Below the pieces are notes generated by a model, which worked only from the letters and a program-made list of their open reading frames with translations, searched no databases and was not told the origin of the DNA. This document shows, piece after piece, positions 20,282 to 30,288 of a DNA stretch of 64,000 bases (positions are counted from its first letter, which is position 1; every line of letters begins with the position of its first letter). The position numbers and the translations under genes were made by a program. Source of the DNA: Candidatus Paracaedibacteraceae bacterium (lineage in GTDB: Bacteria > Pseudomonadota > Alphaproteobacteria > Paracaedibacterales > CAIOTO01); assembly GCA_030694965.1 (NCBI GenBank), contig JAUYTZ010000018.1:81559-145558 (forward strand). The letters run 5' to 3'.

Positions 20282-20718
20282 GGCAGAATCCTATTGAATG
20301 ATTGAAAAATGAGTGTAATTGCTGAAGCTATAAAAATGCTGGGTAAAAAAGGAAAACGTTTCGATGTTAAAAGATATGCTGTTGCAGTGCCTAGTATCCC
20401 TGTTAGAGCTAAAAATAGTGGCACTATATCAAGCTGAATCCAAAGCGATAGAGATACGATAACAATGATATCGGCGAATCCAATAAGTTCTTTTTGCCTG
20501 AACCACTGATAGGCATATAAAAATGCTGAAAGGCTTGTTAGTGCTATAAATGTGTCGTAGTGAGGTGGTGTAATGAGTGCGATTAAAATAAAAAGCAGTC
20601 CCCATAAACTTAAGGCCCATATAGGTACTGATTCGTGGTGCCAGTCTTGCCAAGAAAGGTAGGCAGCACATAGTGCCGCCATAGTTATTAATAATGTATG
20701 TGCTGTAGATTCAGGCAT
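20278..20718 (-). CDS. polytopic membrane protein, A24 prepilin-peptidase-like (tentative)
   Basis: 146 aa with about 5 hydrophobic helices. D25-x6-P32 and G80-F-A-D83 resemble the two Asp motifs of CpaA-type A24 peptidases. ATGA overlap with the pgk start; starts 3 nt after the sodB stop. Confidence 0.45.
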   Translation of the reverse strand: MPESTAHTLLITMAALCAAYLSWQDWHHESVPIWALSLWGLLFILIALITPPHYDTFIALTSLSAFLYAYQWFRQKELIGFADIIVIVSLSLWIQLDIVPLFLALTGILGTATAYLLTSKRFPFLPSIFIASAITLIFQSFNRILP

Positions 20719-20721
20719 ATG

Positions 20722-21318
20722 CTATTCAGTTAGCTGTGACGTCGCAAAATCCCAGTTAACTAGGTGATCTAAAAACGTATCAACATAATCTGCACGACGA
20801 TTTTGGAAATCCAAGTAGTATGCGTGTTCCCAAACATCAATCGTTAGTAAAGCTGTTTGACCATGTGCAAATGGGCAATCTGCATTACTTGTTTTTGTAA
20901 TCGCTAGTTTGCCTTCAGCTGTTAACACAAGCCATGCCCAACCGCTGCCAAATTGCGTTATTGCGGCTTGTTTGAATTGTTCGCGAAACGTATTGTATGA
21001 GCCAAAATCAGCATCAATTTTTGAAAGCAGTGCGCCAGTTGGCATTCCGCCGCCGTTTGATTTCATGCAATTCCAATAAAATGTGTGGTTCCATACTTGT
21101 GCTGCATTATTGAAAATACCAACATGCGCGGCTGAGTCAGCTGTTTTTTCAATGATTTCCTCAAGTGTCAGTAACGCAAATGCCGTATCAGCTACTAAAT
21201 TATTTAAATTTGTAACATACGTTTGGTGGTGCTTTTCGTGGTGAAATGAAAGCGTAGTCGCTGTAATGTGTGGTTCAAGTGCATTTTTTGCGTACGGTAA
21301 TGGCGGTAATGTGAACAT
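20722..21318 (-). CDS. sodB: Fe/Mn superoxide dismutase
   Basis: LPPLPYAKNALEPHI, HHEKHHQTYV, DVWEHAYYLDFQNRR. Confidence 0.95.
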   Translation of the reverse strand: MFTLPPLPYAKNALEPHITATTLSFHHEKHHQTYVTNLNNLVADTAFALLTLEEIIEKTADSAAHVGIFNNAAQVWNHTFYWNCMKSNGGGMPTGALLSKIDADFGSYNTFREQFKQAAITQFGSGWAWLVLTAEGKLAITKTSNADCPFAHGQTALLTIDVWEHAYYLDFQNRRADYVDTFLDHLVNWDFATSQLTE

Positions 21319-21559
21319 ATTTTTTCTCCAAAAACGTTTTGTTTGTAATTGTTTTGAATATTAACAGATCTCTTGATAATGCGATATCCCTCAAAATAGA
21401 TCTTTGAAACAAAACATCATCTTGTGTTAAAATCATTCTATTTGTTAGAAAATGCGTCAACTTTTGGAAAATTTTGTTTTTATCTTGTTTTTTCACTTGC
21501 AGATTGAAAAAAGCACTATTAACATCAAATTTTAGTAAAGATAATAAGGAATAACATAG

Positions 21560-21847
21560 ATGGCCGGAGAGAAGCCCGTTAACGTACAAGATGTCTTTTT
21601 AAATCATGTTCGTAAAAATAAAACACCTTTGACTGTATTTTTAATTAATGGCGTTAAATTGCAAGGGATTGTAACTTGGTTTGATCAAGCAACAATGCTA
21701 TTGCGTCGTGAGGGGCACTCACAGTTGGTTTATAAGCATGCAATTTCAACAATAATGCCGCAAGGTCCAATTATGTTGTTTGAAAGCAATCACCAAAGTG
21801 AAGTTTCACTGCCACTTGATGAAGAATATGAATCCGAATCTGAATAA
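21560..21847 (+). CDS. hfq: RNA chaperone Hfq
   Basis: Sm1/Sm2 motifs: [28 protein letters not shown]...[10 protein letters not shown]. Acidic C-terminal tail. Confidence 0.95.
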   Translation: MAGEKPVNVQDVFLNHVRKNKTPLTVFLINGVKLQGIVTWFDQATMLLRREGHSQLVYKHAISTIMPQGPIMLFESNHQSEVSLPLDEEYESESE

Positions 21848-21871
21848 GATTTTGATTTTACAATAAACGCC

Positions 21872-21901
21872 AAGGCATAGTTTTAACTGTGCCTTTTTTT
21901 A
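21872..21901 (+). terminator. rho-independent terminator of hfq
   Basis: aaggcata / tgtgcctt stem (one G-U pair), 8-nt loop, followed by a T-run to 21900. Confidence 0.75.
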
Positions 21902-22011
21902 TATGTGCTTAAAATCAATAAATTAACTTTATTTTAACTTAGTGATAGTAATTTGGTACTTAAAAGAACTTTTGTTTTTTAAGGTTTTATAATCTATTAA
22001 GGGTTAATTTT

Positions 22012-22770
22012 ATGAAAAAGAATATTTTATCAATTTTAAGTCTTGCGCTTTTATTAGGGGTTGGTATTAGCGAACTAAGTGCATCAACACCGCCAGCATC
22101 TGGAACAGGTGAAAATTCAGCAAGTGCTGCAGTAGTAACAGAAGAGCAAGCAAAGCAAAAGGTCGAAGCACTTAAAAAATTATTGGATCAAAGTAACATC
22201 GTACCAGTTAATGAAACATTAGAAAATAAAATAGCTAGATTAAATAAAAGTAGAAAATTTAGAGTTGAACTTAAAGAAGCAAAAAATGTTTTAAGCACAG
22301 TGAGTGATAAAAAAATGCAAGATCAAACAGCTCAAGCGCATCAAGAACTGGAACAACGAGTTGCATCTCATACAGCAAAATTTCAGGACCGTGCAGCTAT
22401 TCGTGATGATCAATCTAGGGTATTTGAGGCCGCTGCAGCAAGTATCAAAGAATCGCATAAGGAAATGCAGGAAAGGATAAAGCGTGGTGAGGTTCTAACA
22501 GAAGAAAAGTTACATAATAGCATGTTGCAGTTACAAAGAAAAAAAGAAGACATTGCAGGAAAAATAATGGAACAACATGATAAACGTGAAGCACTGAACG
22601 ACTTGATGGCTGAAATACAAGCTGAAATAATTCTAACAAATAAAAAAGCTGAAAACCTGCAGAGCCAAAACAATATTGTTATGGATCTTTTAGTGAGGCG
22701 GGAAGTTGAGTTAAAGAGCATGAAGATGGCAGTTGGTAAGCTTGATTTGCCTTCTCCTGATGCTAATTGA
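22012..22770 (+). CDS. secreted coiled-coil protein (hypothetical)
   Basis: 252 aa. Signal peptide MKKNILSILSLALLLGVGISELSA, then charged E/K/Q-rich sequence that looks heptad-like (coiled coil judged by eye). Confidence 0.6.
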   Translation: MKKNILSILSLALLLGVGISELSASTPPASGTGENSASAAVVTEEQAKQKVEALKKLLDQSNIVPVNETLENKIARLNKSRKFRVELKEAKNVLSTVSDKKMQDQTAQAHQELEQRVASHTAKFQDRAAIRDDQSRVFEAAAASIKESHKEMQERIKRGEVLTEEKLHNSMLQLQRKKEDIAGKIMEQHDKREALNDLMAEIQAEIILTNKKAENLQSQNNIVMDLLVRREVELKSMKMAVGKLDLPSPDAN

Positions 22771-22851
22771 CTCACTGCTTTAAAGGGGAGTCGTGAATGC
22801 AGGAGGGCTAATGTTTCTACCTCACCGCATTCGGTGCTTGGTAATTCAAAA

Positions 22852-23316
22852 ATGGTGTTACAAAAGAAAACGCTAGGTTCTTTTCCGTCTGTAGAAAGTA
22901 GTGATCGAAAGGTAGATTCTTCTAAAGCAAGGGGAGAGCTAGCTAAAAGCTCTCTTCAAAAAGGAGCTCCTACGGCAAATAATAGTAAGAGAAGCCCGGC
23001 TATTCAATATGATGCAGCGAGCATGAGAACTCCTAAGAAGTTAAGTGCTAATGAGTCAGGAAGCACGTCACAGGAAAGTTTGAGCTCTAGTAACTTACTT
23101 GTAACCCCTGGACCAACAAAAAATCGTCAACCTGGTTCTTCTTTTGCTAAAAAGTCTGCTTCATCTGCTGAACAGTCCTCCATAAATTCATCAAAAAAGG
23201 CTTGGAAAATTACAGGGGGTTCTATGAGTCCTGAAAAAAGTACTGTTGCAGAAAAAATTGGTGCAAAAGAAGGAAACGGTGATGGAAAAGTAGCCAAGAA
23301 ATTAGATTTTAAGTAA
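22852..23316 (+). CDS. Ser/Lys-rich intrinsically disordered hypothetical protein
   Basis: 154 aa from the ATG at 22852 (the track starts at GTG 22834). No signal peptide, low complexity. Coding status is uncertain. Confidence 0.4.
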   Translation: MVLQKKTLGSFPSVESSDRKVDSSKARGELAKSSLQKGAPTANNSKRSPAIQYDAASMRTPKKLSANESGSTSQESLSSSNLLVTPGPTKNRQPGSSFAKKSASSAEQSSINSSKKAWKITGGSMSPEKSTVAEKIGAKEGNGDGKVAKKLDFK

Positions 23317-23376
23317 AGATTTTTTTAATCCTTAATCATATAAACATCATAGCTATTTACTTTGCCTGCTCTTGAT

Positions 23377-24069
23377 TTAAAATGTCCAAGTGAATCCTGC
23401 TAGAATTTGGACCTTTGCTACACGTGTGAAAGCATGACTTTGGTAATAAGTGCCATCTGATTGTTTTGTGTCAACATATAAGTTTTCAGTTAAGCTGTTT
23501 ACATAGCGTACATCAAATCGGGCAGATAAGTTATCAGTTATACTGGCTTCAACACCAATGCTATAAACTGGGGAAACTTGTGATTTTGTTTTAAAAATTG
23601 CTTCAGCCCCTTCAAGACTTTTTATAGTGTAGGAATAGATAAAACCTGTTTTTTCAGCGCCAAGTCTAAAAAAGACAAGCAAATTACTGGGGGTCATGTA
23701 GCCAATTCTAAAGCCACCGCCGTACTGGTTTTTATTTTGTAGACTAAATTCTTCAGCAGGCTGCTGATCGTTATGATTTTCTGTATGCAAAATGTTAAAT
23801 TTTGTTGAGTCAAGCATGAAGTTTAGCTCTGTGCCTAAATAAATTGGCCCCCAATTTCGTCCATACCCAAGTGCAAATCCGCCTAAATAGCCACGTTCCG
23901 CAAATTTAGATGCGAGTAATGTTTTATTATTGTAAAAGTCCATAGCGCGAAAAGAACCATTTGTCATGTTATACCCTGTATGCATATTTACAAAGATGCC
24001 AGGTTTAGCAAATAATTTTTGGCTGATACAAATACAAAGCAAACATACAAAAATAATTTTCTTAAACAT
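23377..24069 (-). CDS. outer-membrane beta-barrel protein (Omp25/31- or OmpW-like)
   Basis: 230 aa. Signal peptide ending FA-KP, alternating amphipathic strands, C-terminal ...LAGFTWTF with a terminal Phe. Confidence 0.75.
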   Translation of the reverse strand: MFKKIIFVCLLCICISQKLFAKPGIFVNMHTGYNMTNGSFRAMDFYNNKTLLASKFAERGYLGGFALGYGRNWGPIYLGTELNFMLDSTKFNILHTENHNDQQPAEEFSLQNKNQYGGGFRIGYMTPSNLLVFFRLGAEKTGFIYSYTIKSLEGAEAIFKTKSQVSPVYSIGVEASITDNLSARFDVRYVNSLTENLYVDTKQSDGTYYQSHAFTRVAKVQILAGFTWTF

Positions 24070-24142
24070 TTTTTCTCATTTTAATAAAATATTAACTAAT
24101 TAACTATAGAATTGGGACAGGAAACAAATCAATGAAAAAATC

Positions 24143-24961
24143 ATGTGTTTTTTTCTTTTTCTTTTATTTATTTGCTTTGGGTTAACTAGTGTCATTGCTC
24201 CTACATTTGCAAAAACAGCATATTGTACTACGCACTGTAAAACGGATCTTCAGGTAATGAGCAAAACTTGCCAAGCAGAAGCCATTACTGGAGAATATGG
24301 GTGTTTTCTAAATTGCGTTGGGGTTAAAGGTTCGCCTGGTATAAGTAAGCAAATTGATTTTTGCGTGCTTCATCAAAAGGCGCATAGAGAAGAAGCACAA
24401 AAAATAGCTGAAACAGCTGAAAAAGAACGTCATAGACGTGAGGCTGAACGTCAAGCTATTGAAGCTAATCGTCATAGAAATAATGTTACGATTATAAATG
24501 CTTTATTAACTAGGGCTATAACTGCAAAGAACGTTGCAGAGGAAAGCTTAACTGAAGAGCGAAATCGTGCACAGCAGCTTGCGACTATTATTCAGCTGAT
24601 TGAAGACGAGCACAGTGAATTAGATGCAGAGCACTTAGCATATAAAGCTGAGAAGGATGAATATCTGCGTGTCTTAACAACGTTATATGCCACAACTCTG
24701 GAAGATGTTCATAAAATGGAAGTAATAAGCCAAATGGCACATGATATATCTAATTCTCTTGATTTTAAAGCAAGAAGGCTTGAAGAGATAGCACTTGTTT
24801 TAGGTAATGTACGTGCTTCAGCTTTGCTGGAAGAGGCCGAACATACTCAAATGAGAACTGAACTTGCTGCAGCAGACATACAAATAAGATTCTTAAGCGA
24901 AGCAGTGAGCGCGTTAGAAAATACTGGATTGCCTGCAATGCCTTCTCCAGTCGCAGAATAA
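24143..24961 (+). CDS. secreted protein: N-terminal Cys-rich module plus coiled coil (hypothetical)
   Basis: 272 aa. Hydrophobic leader ending APTFA-K, 7 Cys in residues ~28-74, then an E/R/A-rich helical region. Confidence 0.6.
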   Translation: MCFFLFLLFICFGLTSVIAPTFAKTAYCTTHCKTDLQVMSKTCQAEAITGEYGCFLNCVGVKGSPGISKQIDFCVLHQKAHREEAQKIAETAEKERHRREAERQAIEANRHRNNVTIINALLTRAITAKNVAEESLTEERNRAQQLATIIQLIEDEHSELDAEHLAYKAEKDEYLRVLTTLYATTLEDVHKMEVISQMAHDISNSLDFKARRLEEIALVLGNVRASALLEEAEHTQMRTELAAADIQIRFLSEAVSALENTGLPAMPSPVAE

Positions 24962-24967
24962 GCATTA

Positions 24968-25006
24968 AAACAAAAAACCAAGACTTTCTAAATCATTCCT
25001 TGGTTT
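24968..25006 (-). terminator. terminator of the sucB operon (hairpin shared with the convergent + gene)
   Basis: aaaccaag (24975-24982) pairs with cttggttt (24999-25006). On the minus strand it is followed by a T6 run (complement of caaaaaa). Confidence 0.55.
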
Positions 25007-25039
25007 ATAATGTCCGTTATTCTGATTGTGGACCCAAAA

Positions 25040-26317
25040 TTATAAGTCCAATAAAAACCGTCCTGGATTTTCCATGCAATCTTTAATCGTTGCTAAGAAT
25101 GTTACTGCCTCACGGCCATCAATTAATCGATGATCATAAGAGAGCGCCACATACATCATTGGGCGAATTTCAACATGCCCATTAATGGCCATTGGGCGAT
25201 CTTGGATTTTATGCATGCCTAAAATTGCTGATTGGGGTGGGTTAATAATTGGTGTTGAAAATAAGGACCCAAATACACCGCCGTTTGAAATTGTAAAGGT
25301 GCCGCCGCTCATTTCTTCCATAGTTAATTTACCATCTTTTGCTTTTTTACCATAGGCAGAAACAGCGGCTTCGATACCCGCTAAGTCAAGCAATTCTGCG
25401 TCACGTATGATCGGCACCATAAGTCCTGATGGTGCAGATACAGCAACGCCTATATCACAATAATTGTTTGTGACAATCTCATCGCCTTCAATGCGGCTGT
25501 TTACCATTGGAATTTCTTTAAGGGCTTGCACACACGCTTTTACAAAGAACGACATGAAACCAAGCTTCACACCATTCTTTTTTTCAAATACATCTTTATA
25601 GCGATCACGAAGTTGCTTTACGGCCATCATGTCTATTTCATTAAAAGTTGTTAAAATTGCTGCGGTGTTTTGTGCAGACTTTAGTCGTTCGGCAATACGA
25701 AGGCGTAAACGTGATAAAGGCACACGTGTTTCCAGTCGATCATCTGACGTGTTTTTGGAAACAATTTTATTTGACGATTGCTCACTTGCTGCCGCTGGTG
25801 CTTTTGCTTGATTTTCACTTTGCACATGGTTAAGTGAATCTGCTTTTGATAAGCGGCCATCTAGGCTGCTTGTTAGTATGCTGCCTGTCGTTAATTTGTT
25901 ATCGCCAAGTTGTTTGCGAACAGATGGTGGCATATGTTCTGTGTTTGGAATAATAAGTGATACGTTTGAAGTTTTTTGTGGCACAAATACTTCTTCTTTT
26001 ACAATGCGAACGGCAGGTTCAACTGGAGCCGTCGCTGATTGCACTGCTGCAACTGTGATAGCTGGTTGCGTAATCGCTTTTGAATCAATATTCCCTAAAA
26101 GTGCGCCAATTTTAACAATCTCACCTTTTGCTGTATGTATATTTGAAAGCACCCCAGAAGATGGAGCTGTAATCTCGAGCGTTACTTTATCAGTTTCAAG
26201 TTCAACCAGGACTTCGTCAACGACGACTGCTTCACCTACTTTTTTAAGCCATTTTGCAATGATTGCTTCTGAGACAGATTCACCTAAGGCGGGAACTTTA
26301 ATTTCAACAAGACTCAT
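25040..26317 (-). CDS. sucB: 2-oxoglutarate dehydrogenase E2 (dihydrolipoyllysine succinyltransferase)
   Basis: Lipoyl domain [10 protein letters not shown], Ala/Pro linker, catalytic domain ending [13 protein letters not shown]. Confidence 0.95.
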   Translation of the reverse strand: MSLVEIKVPALGESVSEAIIAKWLKKVGEAVVVDEVLVELETDKVTLEITAPSSGVLSNIHTAKGEIVKIGALLGNIDSKAITQPAITVAAVQSATAPVEPAVRIVKEEVFVPQKTSNVSLIIPNTEHMPPSVRKQLGDNKLTTGSILTSSLDGRLSKADSLNHVQSENQAKAPAAASEQSSNKIVSKNTSDDRLETRVPLSRLRLRIAERLKSAQNTAAILTTFNEIDMMAVKQLRDRYKDVFEKKNGVKLGFMSFFVKACVQALKEIPMVNSRIEGDEIVTNNYCDIGVAVSAPSGLMVPIIRDAELLDLAGIEAAVSAYGKKAKDGKLTMEEMSGGTFTISNGGVFGSLFSTPIINPPQSAILGMHKIQDRPMAINGHVEIRPMMYVALSYDHRLIDGREAVTFLATIKDCMENPGRFLLDL

Positions 26318-26430
26318 ATTTTATTCCTTTTATGGTTTAATTTTGTTTCCGTATTATCATCTTCAGAGTTAATTCAAAAAATCTTTAATGTGTTGATGTG
26401 CATATATTCTTTTCCTTAATAACTTTGTAA

Positions 26431-26492
26431 ATTCTCGGATCAAGTCCGAGGATGACAAAAGTGCGGGTGAGGATGGCAAAAGAGGGGTAAGA
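26431..26492. repeat. GC-rich palindromic mini-element in the sucA-sucB spacer
   Basis: Hairpin ctcgga-tcaag-tccgag (26434-26450), followed by the direct repeat gaggatgRcaaaag at 26448-26461 and 26469-26482. It stands out against the AT-rich flanks. Confidence 0.45.
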
Positions 26493-26537
26493 TATGACAT
26501 TAGTTGAGCGTTTGAAATATTAATAATAAGCATAGAA

Positions 26538-29381
26538 TCATAACCAATGTGGCACTTTGACAGGATGAACTAATGCATCCATGATGAGTGCCGCTTGCTC
26601 GTCGTTGTGGCGTTTCATGTGACCTGCAGCTGGCACAGCAGCCTCGCTTCGTCCTGCATAATGTGGGCGGTGATGGTGTGCTTTTGTTGCGTAAAAGGCT
26701 TTTTCTAAACGCCTGTCCATAAATGTCCATGCCCCCATATTTAAAGGTTCTTCTTGGCACCAAACAATTTCTGCATGTAAGTTCTTTTTTGAAGCTTCTT
26801 GAATTTCGATATACGGGAATGGATATAGTTGTTCAACACGAATTAATGCGACATCGGTCAGTCCAAGTTCAGTTCTTTTGTCAAGTAAGTCAAAATAAAC
26901 TTTTCCTGTACAAAAAACAAAGCGACGTGCACTTTTCATAATTTCAGGTGTGTCTTCAATGATTTTTTTGAGCGATGTGCCTTCAGCGAAATCTGTAAGT
27001 GGTGATACTGCACCTTTATGCCGCAGTAGTGATTTAGGTGACATTATGACGAGTGGTTTACGGTAAGGATTATAAATTTGTCCTCGTAGTGCGTGAAAGA
27101 GGTTTGCAGGGGTGGTGCAATTCATAATACGCCAGTTATTATGGGCACACATTTGTAGAAAGCGTTCAGGGCGAGCGGATGAATGTTCAGGCCCTTGTCC
27201 CTCAAATCCATGTGGTAGCAACATGGTGAGGCCAGATAAACGATGCCATTTAACTTCAGACGTAGCAATAAATTGATCAATCATCACTTGCGCACCATTT
27301 GCAAAATCGCCAAACTGTGCTTCCCAGATAACAAGGTTATTTGGCGTTGTTGAACTGTAGCCATATTCAAAACCTAAAACAGATGCTTCTGCCAAGGGGC
27401 TGTCAACAGCTTCAAAATGACCTTGTTTTTCCTGTAAGCTGTTTATAGGAACATATTGATACTCTGTTGTCTGGTCAATCCAGTAGGAATGTCGGTGTGA
27501 AAACGTCCCGCGGCGACTATCTTGACCACTTAAACGTACGTGGTATCCATCAAGCACAAGTGATGAAAAGGCCATGACTTCACCCATCCCCCAGTCTAAA
27601 GGACTTTCACCGTTTATCATTGAAATGCGTTGATCAATAAGACGCTTTAGCTTTGAGTTAAGTGTGAAACCTTTAGGTGTTTTCATTGATTCTGCGATAA
27701 GTGGCATAATCGTTCCAATATTAATCCCTGTTAACACGTCATGCTCGCTTGGATTTGATTTTTGAAAACTTTGAATGCCTTTCCAATTACCTTGCAACCA
27801 ATCAAGTTCAAGAAATTTTTCGCCTGAATCTTCAACCATTTTATTAGCAATAGCAAATTCTTCATTTAAAACGTCTTGAATGGCCGTCACCATTGTTTGT
27901 GATTCATGATCACTTAAAATTCCTGATTCTAATAGCTTTTTTTGATATTGAACAGCGACAGAGGCGTGCTCAGAAATAGCTTTATACATGATTGGCTGTG
28001 TGAACATAGGTTCATCACCCTCATTGTGTCCATGGCGGCGATAGCACACTAAATCAATCACAACATCATGTTTAAAGCGTTGTTTGAAATCAACAGCAAG
28101 CTTTGTAACGGCAATAACAGCTTCTGGATCATCTCCATTCACATGAAAAATTGGGGCTTGAATTACTTTTGCCAAATCAGAAGAATAAGGAGAAGATCGT
28201 GACATTGGCGGTGCCGTTGTAAATCCAATTTGATTATTGATAATAATGTGCAGTGTACCGCCTGTGTGATATCCCTCAAGTGCTGAAAGCTCAAGGGTTT
28301 CTGCAACTAAACCTTGCCCGGCGAATGCGGCGTCACCATGTAAAAGTAAACCAACTACCTGTGATCGATCGTTATCAGCAAAAAGTTGTTGTTTCGCACG
28401 TACCTTGCCAAGCGTAACAGGATCAACGGCTTCTAGATGTGATGGGTTTGGGCTTAGTGAAAGATGTACCCGTTTATCGCCAATTGTACGATCACAAGAA
28501 TATCCTTGGTGATATTTTACATCACCCGATATGTAATCATCTTTTTGATAAATGTCTGTTCCCTTAAATTGCGCAAATAAGTAGCGCATTGGTTGATCCA
28601 TAAAGTTTGTCAGTACGCACAAACGTCCGCGATGTGCCATACCAAAAATAAGCTCGTGAACAGAGTATTTTTGAACGAGACGTGTGAGTAATGTTTCAAG
28701 TGATGCAAGTAGGCTTTCACCTCCTTCAATACCAAAACGTTTGGCACCGGGGTACTTTATATGCAAGAAACGTTCAAATGCTTCAACACGCAACAAGTGA
28801 ATGAGAATTTCTTTTTTTTCATGATTTGATGTAGGTTCAAAATCCCCTTCAATGCGTTCTTGAAGCCATGCTTTTTGCTCTGCGTCTTGGATGTGCATGA
28901 ATTCAAAGCCGATTGTTCCGCAATAAATAGATTGAAGCTTGTCAATAATATTTCGAATAGAAGATGATTCAATGCCCATAACATTGTCAATGAATACTTT
29001 TGTATCCATATTGCTGTCATTAAATCCGTAGCGTTTTGGATCAAGTTCAGGATGATAGACTGGTTTTTCAATGCGTAGTGGATCGAGTTGTGCAGCTAAA
29101 TGCCCGCGTACACGAAATGCACGAATCATCATGAGTGCACGTATGGATAATAATGTGTCTTCAGTTATGTTTTGTGATGATTCTTTGTTTTTAACTGTCC
29201 TTTTGGGAGGAAGCATGATTTCTTCATGTGCTAAATCATCGGCAAATTCATCAAAAAAAACGCGCCAAGATGCATCCACATCTACGGGGTTTTGACGATA
29301 CGCTTTAAGCAAATCCTGCAAAAAGGAGATGTTGGCTCCATTCAAAATTGATTCGGGCGAATAGCGTATCGATTCAGTCAT
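26538..29381 (-). CDS. sucA: 2-oxoglutarate dehydrogenase E1 component
   Basis: 947 aa. Length and conserved E1o blocks ([38 protein letters not shown]). Confidence 0.97.
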   Translation of the reverse strand: MTESIRYSPESILNGANISFLQDLLKAYRQNPVDVDASWRVFFDEFADDLAHEEIMLPPKRTVKNKESSQNITEDTLLSIRALMMIRAFRVRGHLAAQLDPLRIEKPVYHPELDPKRYGFNDSNMDTKVFIDNVMGIESSSIRNIIDKLQSIYCGTIGFEFMHIQDAEQKAWLQERIEGDFEPTSNHEKKEILIHLLRVEAFERFLHIKYPGAKRFGIEGGESLLASLETLLTRLVQKYSVHELIFGMAHRGRLCVLTNFMDQPMRYLFAQFKGTDIYQKDDYISGDVKYHQGYSCDRTIGDKRVHLSLSPNPSHLEAVDPVTLGKVRAKQQLFADNDRSQVVGLLLHGDAAFAGQGLVAETLELSALEGYHTGGTLHIIINNQIGFTTAPPMSRSSPYSSDLAKVIQAPIFHVNGDDPEAVIAVTKLAVDFKQRFKHDVVIDLVCYRRHGHNEGDEPMFTQPIMYKAISEHASVAVQYQKKLLESGILSDHESQTMVTAIQDVLNEEFAIANKMVEDSGEKFLELDWLQGNWKGIQSFQKSNPSEHDVLTGINIGTIMPLIAESMKTPKGFTLNSKLKRLIDQRISMINGESPLDWGMGEVMAFSSLVLDGYHVRLSGQDSRRGTFSHRHSYWIDQTTEYQYVPINSLQEKQGHFEAVDSPLAEASVLGFEYGYSSTTPNNLVIWEAQFGDFANGAQVMIDQFIATSEVKWHRLSGLTMLLPHGFEGQGPEHSSARPERFLQMCAHNNWRIMNCTTPANLFHALRGQIYNPYRKPLVIMSPKSLLRHKGAVSPLTDFAEGTSLKKIIEDTPEIMKSARRFVFCTGKVYFDLLDKRTELGLTDVALIRVEQLYPFPYIEIQEASKKNLHAEIVWCQEEPLNMGAWTFMDRRLEKAFYATKAHHHRPHYAGRSEAAVPAAGHMKRHNDEQAALIMDALVHPVKVPHWL

Positions 29382-30274
29382 CGTGTAGACTTTCCTTCTA
29401 GAAGTTTTTTCATAGTCGCACCAAGTGTTGCTGGTGAATTTGCAACTTCAATGCCAACTTTTTTAAAGTAATCAATTTTATCTTGGGCAGTATCGCCGGC
29501 GCCTGAAACAATTGCGCCTGCATGCCCCATGCGACGTCCTGCTGGCGCCGTTACGCCTGCGATAAAAGCTACGGCTGGTTTCCCATTTCCTTTTTTCGCT
29601 TGATAGGCGATAAAGTCAGCACCTTCTTGTTCGTCTTGTCCCCCAATTTCACCGATAATCATGACACCTTTAGTTGCATCGTCTTGCCAAAATAGTTCAA
29701 GCACGTCAATGAAGTTCATTCCTTTTATAGGATCACCGCCAATGCCGACACATGTTGTTTGACCAAGATCCTCAGCAGTTGTTTGGTGAACCGCTTCATA
29801 CGTTAATGTTCCTGAACGAGACACGATTCCAATGTTGCCTTTTTTGTGGATAAAGCCAGGCATAATACCAATTTTACATTCATCAGATGTGATAATTCCT
29901 GGGCAGTTCGGTCCAATCAAGCGTGTTTTTTTACCATCAAGGTAACGACGTACTGAAATCATATCATTTACAGGAATGCCTTCTGTTATACATACAATTA
30001 GTTCTATACCTGCATCAGCAGCTTCACAAATAGCATCAGCAGCAAAGGGAGCTGGCACATAAATCATGGTTGCTGTTGCGCCTGTTTTGGCGACTGCATC
30101 GTGTACCGTGTTAAATACTGGAAGTCCTAAATGTTCTGCGCCGCCTTTACCAGGGGTCACCCCACCCAGTAGTTTCGTGCCATAAGCTAATGCTTGCTCT
30201 GAATGGAATGTGCCGTGTTTGCCTGTGAATCCTTGGCAAATAAGTTTTGTATTGCGGTTAACTAAAATAGACAT
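29378..30274 (-). CDS. sucD: succinyl-CoA ligase alpha subunit
   Basis: 298 aa. [10 protein letters not shown], phosphohistidine loop MGHAGAIV. 4-nt overlap with the sucA start. Confidence 0.97.
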   Translation of the reverse strand: MSILVNRNTKLICQGFTGKHGTFHSEQALAYGTKLLGGVTPGKGGAEHLGLPVFNTVHDAVAKTGATATMIYVPAPFAADAICEAADAGIELIVCITEGIPVNDMISVRRYLDGKKTRLIGPNCPGIITSDECKIGIMPGFIHKKGNIGIVSRSGTLTYEAVHQTTAEDLGQTTCVGIGGDPIKGMNFIDVLELFWQDDATKGVMIIGEIGGQDEQEGADFIAYQAKKGNGKPAVAFIAGVTAPAGRRMGHAGAIVSGAGDTAQDKIDYFKKVGIEVANSPATLGATMKKLLEGKSTR

Positions 30275-30288
30275 AAATTTAAATTCCT

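Noticed and set aside
21275-21589. 104-aa minus-strand ORF spanning the sodB-hfq divergent promoter region
   Set aside because: It overlaps both the sodB 5' end and the hfq start, is AT-rich with no family resemblance, and occupies the regulatory region.
25878-26372. 164-aa + strand ORF antisense to sucB. Similar antisense ORFs lie inside the OPT gene (833..1315), mdh (32031..32456), ubiG (37105..37470), folC (43066..43524) and rpsA (45953..46408).
   Set aside because: All are fully nested opposite strongly conserved genes and have low-complexity Ser/Pro/Ala-rich translations typical of antisense frames. None has an RBS.
26500-26763. 87-aa minus-strand ORF overlapping the 3' end of sucA
   Set aside because: It is an out-of-frame overlap with a highly conserved gene and has an Arg/Cys/Ser-rich, nonsense-like sequence.
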